Shown here: positions 13,803 through 26,313 of the stretch, piece after piece | Position numbering within the stretch: the first letter of the stretch is position 1 | Layout of the letters: each line of letters opens with the position of its first letter | Source of the DNA: Octopus vulgaris | Lineage: Eukaryota | Length of the DNA stretch: 64,000 nucleotides | Assembly: GCA_951406725.2 (NCBI GenBank) | Contig: OX597825.1 | Coordinates: forward strand, 744,001 to 808,000 | Direction: 5' to 3' | Program-made: the position numbers and the translations under genes | The notes under the pieces: model-generated | Told to the model about the DNA's origin: nothing | Seen by the model: only the letters and a program-made list of their open reading frames with translations | The model's database searches: none

Positions 13803-14633
13803 AGAAATAGCAGACAAATTTCATCAAATTAAATAAGGGAAGATACACAAGATAATGTAATCCTAGATATTTCTAAAAAAATGACAATGATACTGTCACA
13901 GCTGGGAACCTTTTGCCCAAAGGTTCAGTGGCTGAAGATTGCTCCATAGTTAAACACCAAAGATACTTCAACTACACTGCTGTGGGCTAATGGCTAATGT
14001 AGAAATAATTCAAAAGAGCAGTAAATTAATTGCTTTCACAAAGGGAAGTCTAACACTTTCAGCCTCAGCTTCTGACAAAAGCTTACTACCTGCTGTGTCA
14101 GACATTTTCTCTTCCCCATGGCAAACTAATTAGTTTTGGTTTTAAACTGTTCATGCTCTGAATGGTGACACAGACCATCACCAGTTTCCCCAGATTCCAC
14201 TATTTTCTTTTGTAGGAAATTTACTAAAGGTTTTCCCTCATGATTTCAAGAAGATCCTGCGGGTCGAAAACTGAGAGGGTGATCGTGGATAGACATAATT
14301 TCTCTTCATGAACATTTGGTTGAAGAGAACTGACGCTGTTACTGTTTGTTTCTAAGTACCATACGACTGCAGGCTACATTCGACAACAGTTTTCTATAAC
14401 ACCAGGTCGACAAATGATTCGTGAGTAAAATTTGTAAGAAGGAAACAACAGAAGCGTGCAATGTGTGGGTGTGCGTTGTTATGGTTTTGCTGAGTGGGAA
14501 TTCAAGTTTTGTCTTAATCGTTGACTTTGCTCTTCGTATCGAGTTACCCCATCAGTAAATGTTACGCTCTTATTTTGAACTAGCTTTGAAATAAAAAATT
14601 CCAATTTAACACACACACAGAACGTTGGTATAC

Positions 14634-14665
<32 letters not shown>

Positions 14666-15320
14666 GTAAACCAGTTCATATATAGAGATGTTACTGAAGG
14701 GAGGTAACTCTCAACCCCTCCTATTAACTCTGTGAAGCTCTTATTTCTCTTGATGCGTTTATTTCTTTACAGATTTCTTAGCTTTCTTTTATAAACGATG
14801 TTTTTGTTCCCTAAATTATTCTAAATAAACATACGACTCTGTTTTACGAATTGAGACAGTGTAAATAGGGATCGGTTAAACTGAGAAACAATAAAAAAAA
14901 TTTATTTAGAGTCTAGGTGCCCCAGTATGGCCATAAATCCCATAATGAAGACCAATAATAAAACAAACAAACATCAAAAAATAAAATTCACTCAAAACTT
15001 GTATATTTGCCTAAAATTTAAAAACCAATAAATTCCCAGAGTTATCTTCCTTGAATATTTGAAGCCAGGGGACTTACTTCCCTTTTTACACTAATTTTTA
15101 TAAGTTAAACCGAAAAAAAAGAAGTTTTGAAAGTTCAAAAAGGTTCTTTATAACGACTGGAGTTTTATTATTTTTTGATCCTTTAAAAGTGAAAAGAAAA
15201 ACTAAATTGACGAAGGCATGAATAGAACTCAAAATGTAAAGAGATGCAACACAGTATTGCAAAGCATTTTGATCAACACTCGTCCAAGTTTACGAATCCA
15301 CTTATTGGACATAACTACAC

Positions 15321-16085
15321 AAGTGGGCCCCTGCACGCAAATTTGTTTCCTCATAACTTTTTAAAGAATGGGTATCTTTTGATGAAATTTTCTACAAATG
15401 TTTCAGATGTGTCTATGATAATTATTTTGGAATTTGTTGCGGGGAGAGAGAAGCGTTTCAGATAACTCACATGCCTCGACTTTCTTCATGACTTTTAGAA
15501 AACTGGATATTTTGTAATGAAGTTTTCTCGATAACTTTCAGGTGGTGCAGATTACAATTATATTGAAATTCAATGTGAATAAAGCAAATTAGTGGGGGAT
15601 GGTCATTTCACTCACCTCAACTTTATTTCTTCATATGTTTATATGCAAAAAAAAAAAAAAAAACATGCAAACTATTCCACCCTTTCTATGAGTAAAATGT
15701 TTTTAATGAAAGAGATACTGGCATAATTTGAAGGAAAAAAAACTAACAGAGGAATTTGTTAGTATTGCTGGTTAGTATACAATAGGCCTAGAAAATTTCA
15801 TTCTTCAAAAAAATTTCATTTAATAAATTCCAGAAAGGAAAATATGGTATAGTCCTCAACATAATTGTTATCTACATCTTCAAAGCATATAAGAAAACAA
15901 AGTTGAGGTATCTGAAATTATCCCAAACTACTCTCACCCACCAGCAAATACTGATATAATCTTAATCTACAGCGTTTGAAATGTATTTTCAGAAATTATC
16001 ATTAAAAAATATCCATTTTTCAGATTGTTATAAGCAAACAAATTTAGTGTGATGAGAATAGACACATGTGTAACTGGACCTACTT
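15321..16085. mobile_element. Non-autonomous DNA transposon with long diverged TIRs
   Basis: Termini aagtgggccc / ggacctactt. About 140-bp degenerate inverted arms and an internal repeat of the arm motif near 15480-15580. Confidence 0.6.
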
Positions 16086-16329
16086 ATATGATCATAATAT
16101 TCATTCACACAAACACAACAGCTTTAGTAAGTGGAGAAATACTTAGATTTTGTTGAAATTGTTTATATATATAAACAAACAGAAAAAATGCCCTCCAAAC
16201 AAAATCAGTCATTTTGTAAATAATAAGTGCAAAACATATACTGCAATTGAAAGGAAAAAGTAAACATACAAAAATATGAAAAAAAATAGATGCCAATAAA
16301 ATATGAGCACAAAAGAAATCACTTGAAAA

Positions 16330-16430
16330 CATATGTGTATGTATATGTGTATGTATATGTGTATGTATATGTGTATGTATATGTGTATGTATATGTGTAT
16401 GTATATGTGTATGTATATGTGTATGTATAT
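16330..16430. repeat. 12-bp unit tandem repeat (ATATGTGTATGT)n
   Basis: Direct reading. Confidence 0.95.
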
Positions 16431-16555
16431 GCATGTTGTGAGTTTTTAGCATTGGCCTGAAGAATTATGCCTCTACATACATTTGGTAGTTTGGTTGTAT
16501 GTTTATAAGTACATGTACATACAAATGAAAAAGCTATATATGTATGAGTGTGTAT

Positions 16556-16812
16556 ATTGGGTCATCCCATAAATAATGCAGTTTTTCCAATTGCATGAAC
16601 AAAAAGTCAGTGGGGGATGCAATAAACTACCCGTATCATTTTGCTATAAAAGCAGGTAGATATTTTACCATGTCCTTATTCTTAGTGCAAGTTTTGAAGA
16701 GTGCAGTTCGATTTTAACAGTTATTTTTCCAAAGCTATAATGGAAGTGACAAAGGAGCATATTCGGCATATTTTGTTTTATGAGTTCCATAAAGGCAACA
16801 ACGTAACAGAAA
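16556..16812 (+). mobile_element. Mariner 5' end (TIR plus transposase start), cut off by the Tx1 LINE
   Basis: ta-ttgggtcatcccataaataatg TIR. ATG at about 16740 gives MEVTKEHIRHILFYEFHKGNNVTE. Confidence 0.8.
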
Positions 16813-19800
16813 ATGAGAAGGAGGGAGGCCATTAATTGGAAAGGCCACACCCTGGAAATTGTCGTACATGCCCCAAATGAGGTTCTGGAATCAAGGTCAG
16901 ATCAAATCTTTATAGGGGAGGGACTAAGTGCCCATGTTTCGGTGGAAGGTCAAAGACCGAGGTGTTTTAAGTGTGGTGAGAAGGGACATGTGAGGCCAGA
17001 CAGTGAAACGGCAAAAAAAGTAGATGTCCCTCCCCGAAAAGAAAAAGGTATAGAAACCAACAAGATGGAGGAGAAAAAAAACCGGGAAAACCAGAGAAAG
17101 AGACTAAGAAGAGGAGAATAAATCCCAGAAAACAAAAGATGGCAATAAAGGAAGTGAACGAGATAAAAGGGAAAAGATGGATTATACAGTTGTGACACAT
17201 AAAAGGTAAAAAACCCCAGCCCCTGACTCCCCTCCTCTAACAAAGAAAGCAATAACAACACGCATGCAGATACACAAGAAAAAATTCCCCAGTCCATTCC
17301 CAAATCGAAACCCCAGATCCCACCCCCCAATCAAAAGAAAGATACATAAAGTACAATGAAAAGAACCAAGTAATGGGTAGAAGACTCCCGCAGGTGTTCA
17401 TATCTAAGCAGGTACAACACATGCCAGCCCATATCCGGTTGGCAAAAGTTATTGACAATGAACTGTACGAATCATGTAAAAAAAAAGATATCCCAATGAT
17501 TTGCTGGATGTGACTAAAGAAGTGGTCCAGGAAATACTAGAGGCTGCACCCCAGAGAGAAAAAGAAGGAGAGACTGCCAAGATTAGTGCAGCCCTTCCCC
17601 AAAACGAAAAAACTTAAGTTTCTTTCTCTGTTTTAAATTCTTGCATGGAGATTAAAGTAAGGTGTATAAATGAGATGGAAACAAATTTGTCTCCTGAACG
17701 ACTTCAGGTCACTAAATTTGGATATATGAGTGGTAACTGAGTCCAAGTTGAATGAGCCACATATGTTCTCACCTCTTCTAGGAGGCGCAGGTGTGGTGAT
17801 TTTGTTCAGAAAAAGCTTGGACGTACAGGTAAGTACAGTCTTTCTGAACCCAGAAGGTAGGCTGGTAGACCTAGATGTGACACATGTAAGTAAGCAGTCT
17901 TTCAGGTTGGTAGTTGTCTATGCTCCGAATGAGTGTAGGCAAGCTGGGGTTTTTTTGTGACTTGGAGAATTTCTTAGTAATGTCTAAGACTCTAGTTTTA
18001 ATAGGAGACTTTAACACTAACTTTAACTCATTCGATGCATGAGTGGATAGTGTTGGCTCAGCAAAATGAAGGGGAAATCCTGGTCTGAAAAGGCTACTAA
18101 CAAGGTATGACTTAGTAGACTGTTATAGGTTGGATGAACCACTTGTTCCACAGTGGACGTGGTCTAATAATGACAGTTCACAAAGGTCTTATCTCGATAG
18201 AATATTCATTAGAGATAAGGATACTGTTAGTTGTCCATGTTTCTATTGCATCCCTTACATGGATCACAAATTTGTGACGTGTAAGGTGTACTTAGTTAAG
18301 TGCCATAGACGGGGACCAGGGTACTGGAAGCTAAACAAGTCTATTTTGACTTGTAAAACCTTCTGTGCCCGGATTAAGGAATTAGTTCAGAGGGCATTAT
18401 GTGGTGCCATCATCAATAATAGATGGTGGTGGGCCCTCAAAAGAGCCATTTGTTCAGAGTCTGTTAGATTTAGCAAACAGCTAAGTTTAGAAAAGACTAG
18501 AATAGAAGGGAAATTAGTTAAGGAATTAGAAGAGGCCATGGAATCTGGCTCTGTATCTAGAGTGACAGTGGCGAGGGCGGTCTTGTTTCGCCACCTCAAA
18601 GCCAAACACGAAGGGTGTAGAGTCAGGGCTATGTTATGTGCAGTGGGGAGAGTTGCCGGATGGGATTGTCATGTGGAGAGTCGTAGAGGCAGAGAAACCT
18701 CTATAAAGTCTTTAATTGATGAGCAGGGCTTTTCTGGGACCTGGAGAACTTCTTAGTGACGTCAAAAACTCTAGTTGTACTTGGAGACTTTAACACTATT
18801 CTCGATGCATGGGTGGATAGTGTTGGGTCGACCAATAGAAGGGGAAACCCTGGCCTCAAAATGCTACTAGAAAGCGAGCCATTCATTCTATATTCTATTA
18901 GATTTAGTAAACAGCTAAGTCAAGATAAGATTCAAATAGAAGGGACCTTAATTAAGGAATTAGATGAAGCCATGGAATCCGGGTCTGCAGCCAGAGTGAT
19001 GGCAGCAAAAGTGGTTTTTTTTTCCATCATCTCAAAGCCAAACACAAAAGGTATAGAGTCAGAGCTAAGCTTTGTGTGGTGGGGAGAGAGGGTATTAACA
19101 TTGCCGGACGGGCACATCGTGTGGATATTCTTTAATGGACGAACATATGCGTATGATGGAAGAACAGGAAGAGATGCAAAAGGCTTTTCACCAGCATTTT
19201 GCTTGGTTGTTTGGGGAGAGTGCCAGGCTGGACTGTGGGGAGTCCCCCTAAGGAACTCCCTTGCCAGTGGGCCATGACTCTTGGCACAGGAGGTGGAATG
19301 CTGTGAAGGGCTGATTATGGCTATGGAGGTTGAAGAGGTGCTGGCTGAGTGCACCAGGGACAAGTTGCCGGGGCTGGATGGTCTGCCCTATGAATTTTAT
19401 TGTAGCATGCCAGACTTATTCGGACACTTGCTGGCCTGCATCTACACTAACTGGCAGCAGGATAGGAGGATTCCCAGCTCTGTGAGTCAGGGACTGGTGA
19501 CGCTGATCAGAAAAGACTTGAGCAAGGGGGACCATATTAGTAATTTTAGGCCCATAATTCTACTCAATGTAGAGTTAAAGATTTTGGCCAAGGTGTTAGC
19601 AAAGAGGTTGGCGAGTGTTGCGAAGAAACTTGTTGGGAGAGTGCAGACATGCACCATCCAATTCAGGTTGATCCAGGACAATCTCCATCTCCTGCGCTAC
19701 ACCTTAGAGAGGGTGGGTAAATTATCCAGTAAAGGTCGGGCACTGGTCCATTTAGACCAGAGTAAAGCTTTTGATAGCGTAGACCACTAGTACCTGGCGG

Positions 19801-20650
19801 CGGTCCTCGAAGCAGCTGGGCTAGGTCCAGACTTCTGTGGTTGGATCACTGCCATTTATGGTGGCATCAAATCCACAGTCCAAATAAACAGTTACCTTCA
19901 TTAAAAGACATAACATGACTGAATGGCAAAAGGAGTGCTGACAGGCACTTGTGCTAATCCATAAGGTGGACAAGGTTGGCAGTGGGAATACCATCTCGAT
20001 ATTCTATAGAGGGCTGGTAGAATTTATGAGGGATGACGTCCTAGGAGAAGCTCCGGGGCTTGATGAAGGCCAGCTAGCCAATCTGTTTCAAAGAACTTTC
20101 AGGCCAGGGTAGCTGGATAACTACCAGAAATCCCTGACTTGGCAGTGCTATAGAATTGCGTTACCTGTTCACAACAGATTGTCTCAGCATAGAATGTCTG
20201 TGTCACTGACATGCCCAAAGTGTGGGCAGGGCGATGAAACTGTCCTGCAGCTCTTATTCAGGGCCCAGAGCTTTTGGGCTGATAATTTATGTAGAACACA
20301 TGATGTCACATCTAGGAAGAGTACAGCTCACTGCTGAGTCCATGATCGAGATTGTACCACCACCTAGACTATCAAAGGAAAGTGAGGCATGTTTTTTATG
20401 CACAGTCGCCGTATTGAAAGAGTGTATAAGGAAAACTAGAATAAAAGGAGTCATGACAGGAATTCTCATCTCTGGCCCTGGTTTGCTTTATTACTTCAGA
20501 TATCATCTGAAGAACAAGATAGGGCTGGAGAGGCACCTGATGCGAAGTATATTCGGGAAAAGATGGAAGGATGTGGCAAGGAAGTTGGGTATGAATGACC
20601 CTACATAATCTCATCCATGGTAGAAAAGTATGGTGTAGCTGTTGGGGTTC
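16813..20650 (+). mobile_element. Degraded L1-clade (Tx1-like) LINE: ORF1 zinc knuckle, APE endonuclease, partial RT, C-terminal Cys domain
   Basis: CFKCGEKGH; GVVILFRK, VYAP, IGDFN, WTW..SYLDRIF, DHKFV, GYWKLN; KLPGLDGLPYEFY, NFRPIILLNVELKILAKVL, LDQSKAFDSVDH. RT core absent and many stops. Confidence 0.92.
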
Positions 20651-20654
20651 ACGC

Positions 20655-21311
20655 TGGGCCTCACAGAGGCAATGATGAAAGACTGAGACCTCTGGAGATG
20701 TGCTGTGACTGAGAAGACCTGGCAAATAAAGTGAGACCACAGCTGTAGTCCATACCAGTGTCGCATAACCAGCCCACTCAAAAGTACCTTGGATCGTAGG
20801 GTGACCTGCTGTGCTTGAGGAGACTTATTGAGTCAAGTACATCAACATCAAAATCAAATCAAACCACAATCAAATGGAAATTCTAATTGTGACTGATGCC
20901 AGTGCCACCTGTCTGGCTCCCTGTGTCGGTGGCATGTAAAATGCACCATCCAAATATGGTCGATGCCAGATCCCCCTCACCCTGATTGGCTCTGGTGCCA
21001 GTGGCACATGAAAAATACCATCTGAATGTGGCCGATACCAGTGCTGCATTGACTGGCTCCTGTGCCAGTGGCATGGAAAAGCACCATCTAAATGTGGTCG
21101 ATGCCAGCCCCCTTTGGCCCCTGTGCCAGTGGCACGTAAAAAGCACTCACTACACTCTCGAAGTGGTTGGCGTTAGGAAGGGCATCCAGCTGAAGAAAAC
21201 ACTGCCAGATTAGATTGGAGCCTCGTGCAGCCTCCTGGCTTCCCAGATCCCCAGTCGAACCGTCCAACCCATGCCAACATGGAAAAAGGATATTAAACGA
21301 TGATGATGATG
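20655..21311 (+). mobile_element. 5'-truncated RTE LINE (C-terminus, 3' UTR with internal subrepeats, (GAT)n tail)
   Basis: LGLTEAMMKD*DLWRCAVTEKT followed by UTR. Shorter copies near 34250-34415, 37100-37320, 40490-40680 (-), 42450-42570 (-), 48890-49135, 50310-50500, 53140-53250, 53495-53630 and 59920-60140 (-). Confidence 0.8.
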
Positions 21312-21717
21312 ATATATATACCAGAGTAGGCACATAAATGCGAAACAAGGTGGAAAAAATAGTACTCAAATACCAGAGGCAGAGCAATATACTTTATTAA
21401 AAAGCAGCAAAAATATCACAAAAACTGTTATTCAGAGTTTCATGCTCCCGTTTGTTTAGAATGGAACAAAAATAAGGTGATAAGCAAACATATACAATTA
21501 GTTTAATAGATACATATTAGAAAATGGTTTTGTTTCATTGGTCCTTTCAACTAACAGTCTTTACAATGACCGGTTGCTTGCAATGAACAAATTTCGGTAT
21601 AAAATCATCTGATTATAAAATTGAAGAAAACCTTCAATCAAAAATAGCTTTTAATTATTTATCCAGGGTAAATAATTATTTGTAAAATATTAATCAATTA
21701 ATACATTAAAAGTAGGA

Positions 21718-21849
21718 TCAGTCCTCATCCACCTCTTATTCATCAGAGTCCTCCAGGCAATAACAGGAATTCAATAGAGGCTGCCCCTGGGAGCTCCTCT
21801 ACGCTGATGACCTTGCTCTAATAGCTGAGTCAGTATCAGAACTAGAGGG
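21718..21849 (+). pseudogene. Isolated RTE-type reverse transcriptase fragment (YADD motif)
   Basis: SVLIHLLFIRVLQAIT..GCPWELLYADDLALIAESVSELE. Confidence 0.85.
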
Positions 21850-22052
21850 ACAATAAGAAGGGTATAGAGTAATGGAATGATGACATAGAGGAGAGGAGAG
21901 AAGGAATAAGGAGATGAAGAAAGGGAAGAAAAAAAAGGCATAAAAGTTCACAGTTCAACTTTCTGATTGTGTAGATTTAAGTTGGACTTCCTTCTCTCCT
22001 GTCCTCTATCTCATCAGTTCATTGAGCTGTACCCTCCTCATTTTCCCTATTT

Positions 22053-22108
22053 GTCTCCAATGATGGAATATCACATACTCTGCGATATCCCAGAAACAGC
22101 TGTAAGAC
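22053..22108 (+). ncRNA. Degenerate type-I hammerhead ribozyme (family B)
   Basis: GTCT ccaATGA tggaatatc..gatatccc aGAAA CAGCTG TA AGAC. Preceded by inverted repeat 21848-21906 / 21988-22047. Confidence 0.65.
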
Positions 22109-22260
22109 TTTGAATTTGTTTCCAATAATAATAATAATAATGTATTTGACTTGAGATGTTTGCCTTGCCTCAACGTTTGTTGTCCTCTTTAACAATTATA
22201 TATGTCTATATGTATAGATAGATATGTGTGTGTACATATATGCACACACACATCTATCTA

Positions 22261-22298
<38 letters not shown>

Positions 22299-23844
22299 AT
22301 GTATAAGTACATACACACATACAGTATACACACACACACACATATTTATTTATGTACACACACAGATATGCATAAACTATATATACACATACATACACAT
22401 ACAAACCTGTATGCAGCTACCTTTATGTAAAAAAAAGCAAATGATGCCCTTTGGTTTTTCTTAATACTCATAAGAAATTGCTTATCTCACCTCTCAGCTG
22501 CCAAAGTGAAGAAGAATGGAGACTCTTATGAATAATGTAAAGAACCTATTACAAATGCAAATATTATTATTTACATAATGATGCAAGGCTGACAGCCAAG
22601 AAATCACATACAATATAAACCTGTATTTGTTTGCTAAGAAAATATAATCTATGGATAAACTTCTGGAGCTGTTCCATCATATTAATTTCTTTATGTCAGT
22701 GGTATTGAGTTTGTGTATTTCGTAAGAAGATATATTGTTGACTTTGACAGTTGAGAGGCATCGTAAGCAATCTATGAGGAGTCTTAAAACATGAAACCAG
22801 ATCCTCTGTAAAGCTGGGGCATCAACAAACTAATGTGCTACCATAAATGAAATATATAAAAAAAAAGAATTTTGAAATTACTCATCAAGTGCTGCCATGC
22901 TTTGAATGTTTAGTTAGGTGAAGGGTAGGATGAAGAATTAAGAGCTGTTTGCTTATGGCTACATGGACACATAAAACCATTATTTAAAGATGCGGTACAA
23001 GTCACACTTGATTGCTATTGAACATAGTGTTATGTACTATCTTTTATCTTTCATTAGACTGTGGCCATGCTGCAGCACTGCTTTGAGGAATTTTCTTAGT
23101 TGAATGAATTGAACCTAGTACTGACTTTTTTTTTTTAAAGCCTGGTATTTTTTCTGTTGGTCTCTTTGCTAAACAGCTATGTTACAAGGACATAAACACA
23201 CCAACATTGGTGGGGGACAAACACTGTCACAAAGACACACACACACACACAGGGTTTGTTTCAGGTCCCTCCAATCAAATCCACTCACAAGGATTTGGAT
23301 AGCCCGAGACTATAGAAGACATTTGCCCAAGATGCCATGCAGTGGGACTGAACCTGGAACCATGTGGTTGGGAAGCAAGCTTCTTTCCACAACACAGCAA
23401 TGTCTGCACCTATAACGATAATACTATAAATGCACATGCATGCACCCACACTCACACATATTTATACACATGCTTATGTTTTATATATTTATATGTGTGT
23501 GCTTGAGGGTGCTTGAGGGTGTGTGTGTTATGTGTTGTATATTATAGCTGGCCATGGCCAAAAGAAGTAACACACCACCCCATTAAAGTATTCAATAGTG
23601 GTATGAAGGCACATGTCAGTGTAGGTCACAAAGTCTCTGAACACCTGCTGCAAGAGGTGCCCATCATTGCTACATCTTTTGAGAAAGATGTGTAAGTCCT
23701 GAGCAGGATTGGAAAGATACAGCTCTGACTTTTCACTTTAAGAGAGAGTAATCAAGTGATAGCATTGCTTGAAATCGATTTGCAATAGTCATCTTTGTCG
23801 TCGTCATCATCGTCATCATCATCTAAATATATATCATATACATA

Positions 23845-24081
23845 CAAGGGGGTGCTGAAAAGGTCCTGGCTTTAAGGATATTACAAAAGGCCTGGGGTTG
23901 GAGGCCCAACCTTTCAAGGTTTTTTACAGGGCTCAGAAAAACTGAAGAACTGCTGCAGTAAGTGTGTGAATCTGAGAGGGGAACCTGAGAGGGTGGGGGA
24001 TATGTTGAATAAAATCATAATTCACTGATCCTCCCATTATTTTCTTTTACCCAAAGCCAGGAACTTTTCAGTACCTCCTCA
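23845..24081 (+). mobile_element. Mariner-derived MITE
   Basis: TIRs caagggggtgctgaaaaggtcctggcttt / aaagccaggaacttttcagtacctcctca. Internal remnant of the transposase C-terminus (KCVNLRGE..YVE*). Confidence 0.8.
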
Positions 24082-25184
24082 TGTGTGTGTGTGTATGTAT
24101 ATATATATATATATAGTATATATATATATATATATATACATATATGCATGCATACATGGTGACTGTGTCTTCATGTCTGAGAAAGACCATTAAGAACCCT
24201 AGGCACTCAGACAGAAATCCTACTTTACACTTGTGGCTCTGTCGATGACCAACAAGCCCAACTCTTGAGAGACAGAGACATCAGCAGACACTGTAGACCC
24301 AACTTACCCCACTCACTACATTGGCTGGGCACTTTTGAGTAGCTCACTTAAGTTCAGCAGGAAAAATATGTATTTCCTTGGAAATAGCCCCCCCTCCTTT
24401 ACTTGTTTTCTCCGTTGGTGGCGATGAGAAGCATTGCTTTCCCAATTGGCCTTCCATATCTGATAACACACACACATATATAAAGCATACACATATATAT
24501 ATGTTTGAGTGTGGGTGTATATGTGTGTATGTGAGCATATGTGTATTTATTTTTTGCTAATATATATTGGTGAAAGATGTAAATATCAGTGAGCAATCAA
24601 AAGACCCTCCCCCACCAGCTTCTCCTTACCACCCCCACCAACACACACAGAGAAAAGCAGGTGCTTTATAAAGTTTACGAGTTCTTTGTGCTATTTATTC
24701 TCCATGAGTTACTCTCATCATCAGAAATGCAATCAAGCGTTGACTGACTCAGCAGAGACTTCTTCTAACACACAACCTTTTCATTCACCAATAATGAAAT
24801 TGTGATATTAAGTTAAAAACTCAAGAGAAGATTGGAAAATTCTTCAGCTTGTCATGTAAATGTCTTTGAGTGGCCTTTCTGTACTGACTACACTATGACC
24901 AGACTGCACCGAAGAATAACAAATGTTTTAAAGGCATTTAGAGAATTCTGCAAAGAAATATTTGCAAAGGTTAAAGTGATGTTATTGCAAAAAATGGAAA
25001 ACATGTAATCCCTAGACTTAGGAATACAAGGGAATAAGGGAGCCTCAAAGTGGATGGTTGATGTGCTAAAATATCTTCAGACTACTTCATCTTAAAAAAA
25101 GCAAAAAAAAAGCAGATGCATTGGATAATGTGGATTTGGGGTAGACTCTAGGTTGGCTAGAAGTGCTTTTGATCACAAGTCTTG

Positions 25185-25405
25185 TAATATTGGTTTCAAA
25201 TTTTGGCATATGGTCAGAAATTTTTGGGGAGGGAGTAAGTTGATTACAACAACCCCAGTGCTCAACTGGCACTTACTTTATCGACCCGAAAAGGGCAAAA
25301 GCTGACCTGGGTGGGATTTTAACTCAAACTATAAAGAAGGACGAAATGCTGCAAATCATTACTTTACCCCGTGCACCTGTAATTCTGTCAGCTCACTACC
25401 TTGAT
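25185..25405 (-). mobile_element. Nin/Deu-domain SINE (old); further copies at 44110-44290 (+), 47815-48030 (-) and 62545-62745 (-)
   Basis: Reverse complement matches the 13572 element. Confidence 0.8.
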
Positions 25406-26084
25406 AGGTCTTGTAATATTAACTGCTTCTAATATAGGCCTGAGGCTGATGCAGAAGAAGGTCTTAGTCAATTAACTCAACTCCAGGACTTAACTGGTCC
25501 TTTATTTTATAGATTTTGAAAAGAGGGAAAGGGAAGTAGACTCAGTGAGATTTGAACCCAGAATCTAAGAACTCAAAAACAAAATACTGCAAAGCATTGT
25601 TTTTTTACCAACGTCCCAAATGATTCATCCAATCCACTTCGCTAGTAACAATAATAATAATCATCATCATTTTGAATGGTAAAATGTAGGAGGACAGTCC
25701 TACATTTGAAAGATGCAAACAAAGGCATCCCAGCTGTTCATTTCAGGATTAAAATGGGTCGTATTTGTAGATGTCTGAATGCAGAGCGTCTTCCTTCTTT
25801 GTTTAGCACTGTCAGGTCAATGGGTGCACCCTGGTGACTTAGTTGACAACCACAATATGCTTATCATGGAATTTTCATGGGAGAATACAAAGGTGGTTTC
25901 CTTCTTTTAAGAATTTTAAGATTTTATTTGTAAGACACATTGGCTAAATGCACATTTGCTTACATGGGTAGTTAGAGCTTATAAAACTGGAACAGTTGCC
26001 ACAAAGCATTATGCTCAAGAGACTTACAATTCCACCAACCCACTCCTTTGGACTGGCACTTTATTTTACTGGCCTTGAAAGGAT

Positions 26085-26313
26085 CACCCCTTTGGCATTC
26101 CCATTATTCTGACAAACAGAATGCCTATCTATTCACATTCTTTTGAATTATTCATGCATTATGTCGTGGGTTTGAGATTATGATGAGGTAACTGTTAATT
26201 GTAGGTAACTGATATTGTAGGGTTGGTGTGAGAGACCAGATCTGGCCAGTTTAAGCATAAAAATGGTAGAGTATTTTGGCTGGACATGGCTGGTTTAAAT
26301 GCTAATGGGTTAA
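26085..26313. mobile_element. piggyBac-like MITE; a similar TTAA-bounded MITE lies at 34522-34724
   Basis: ccctttggcatt ... aatgctaatggg-ttaa inverted termini. Confidence 0.5.

Noticed and set aside
14215-14275. Candidate + strand terminal exon (NLLKVFPHDFKKILRVEN*)
   Set aside because: Short, with no linked exons or other support.
16813-20608. Intact autonomous retrotransposon
   Set aside because: Multiple stops and frameshifts and a deleted RT core. No element in the window appears coding-competent.
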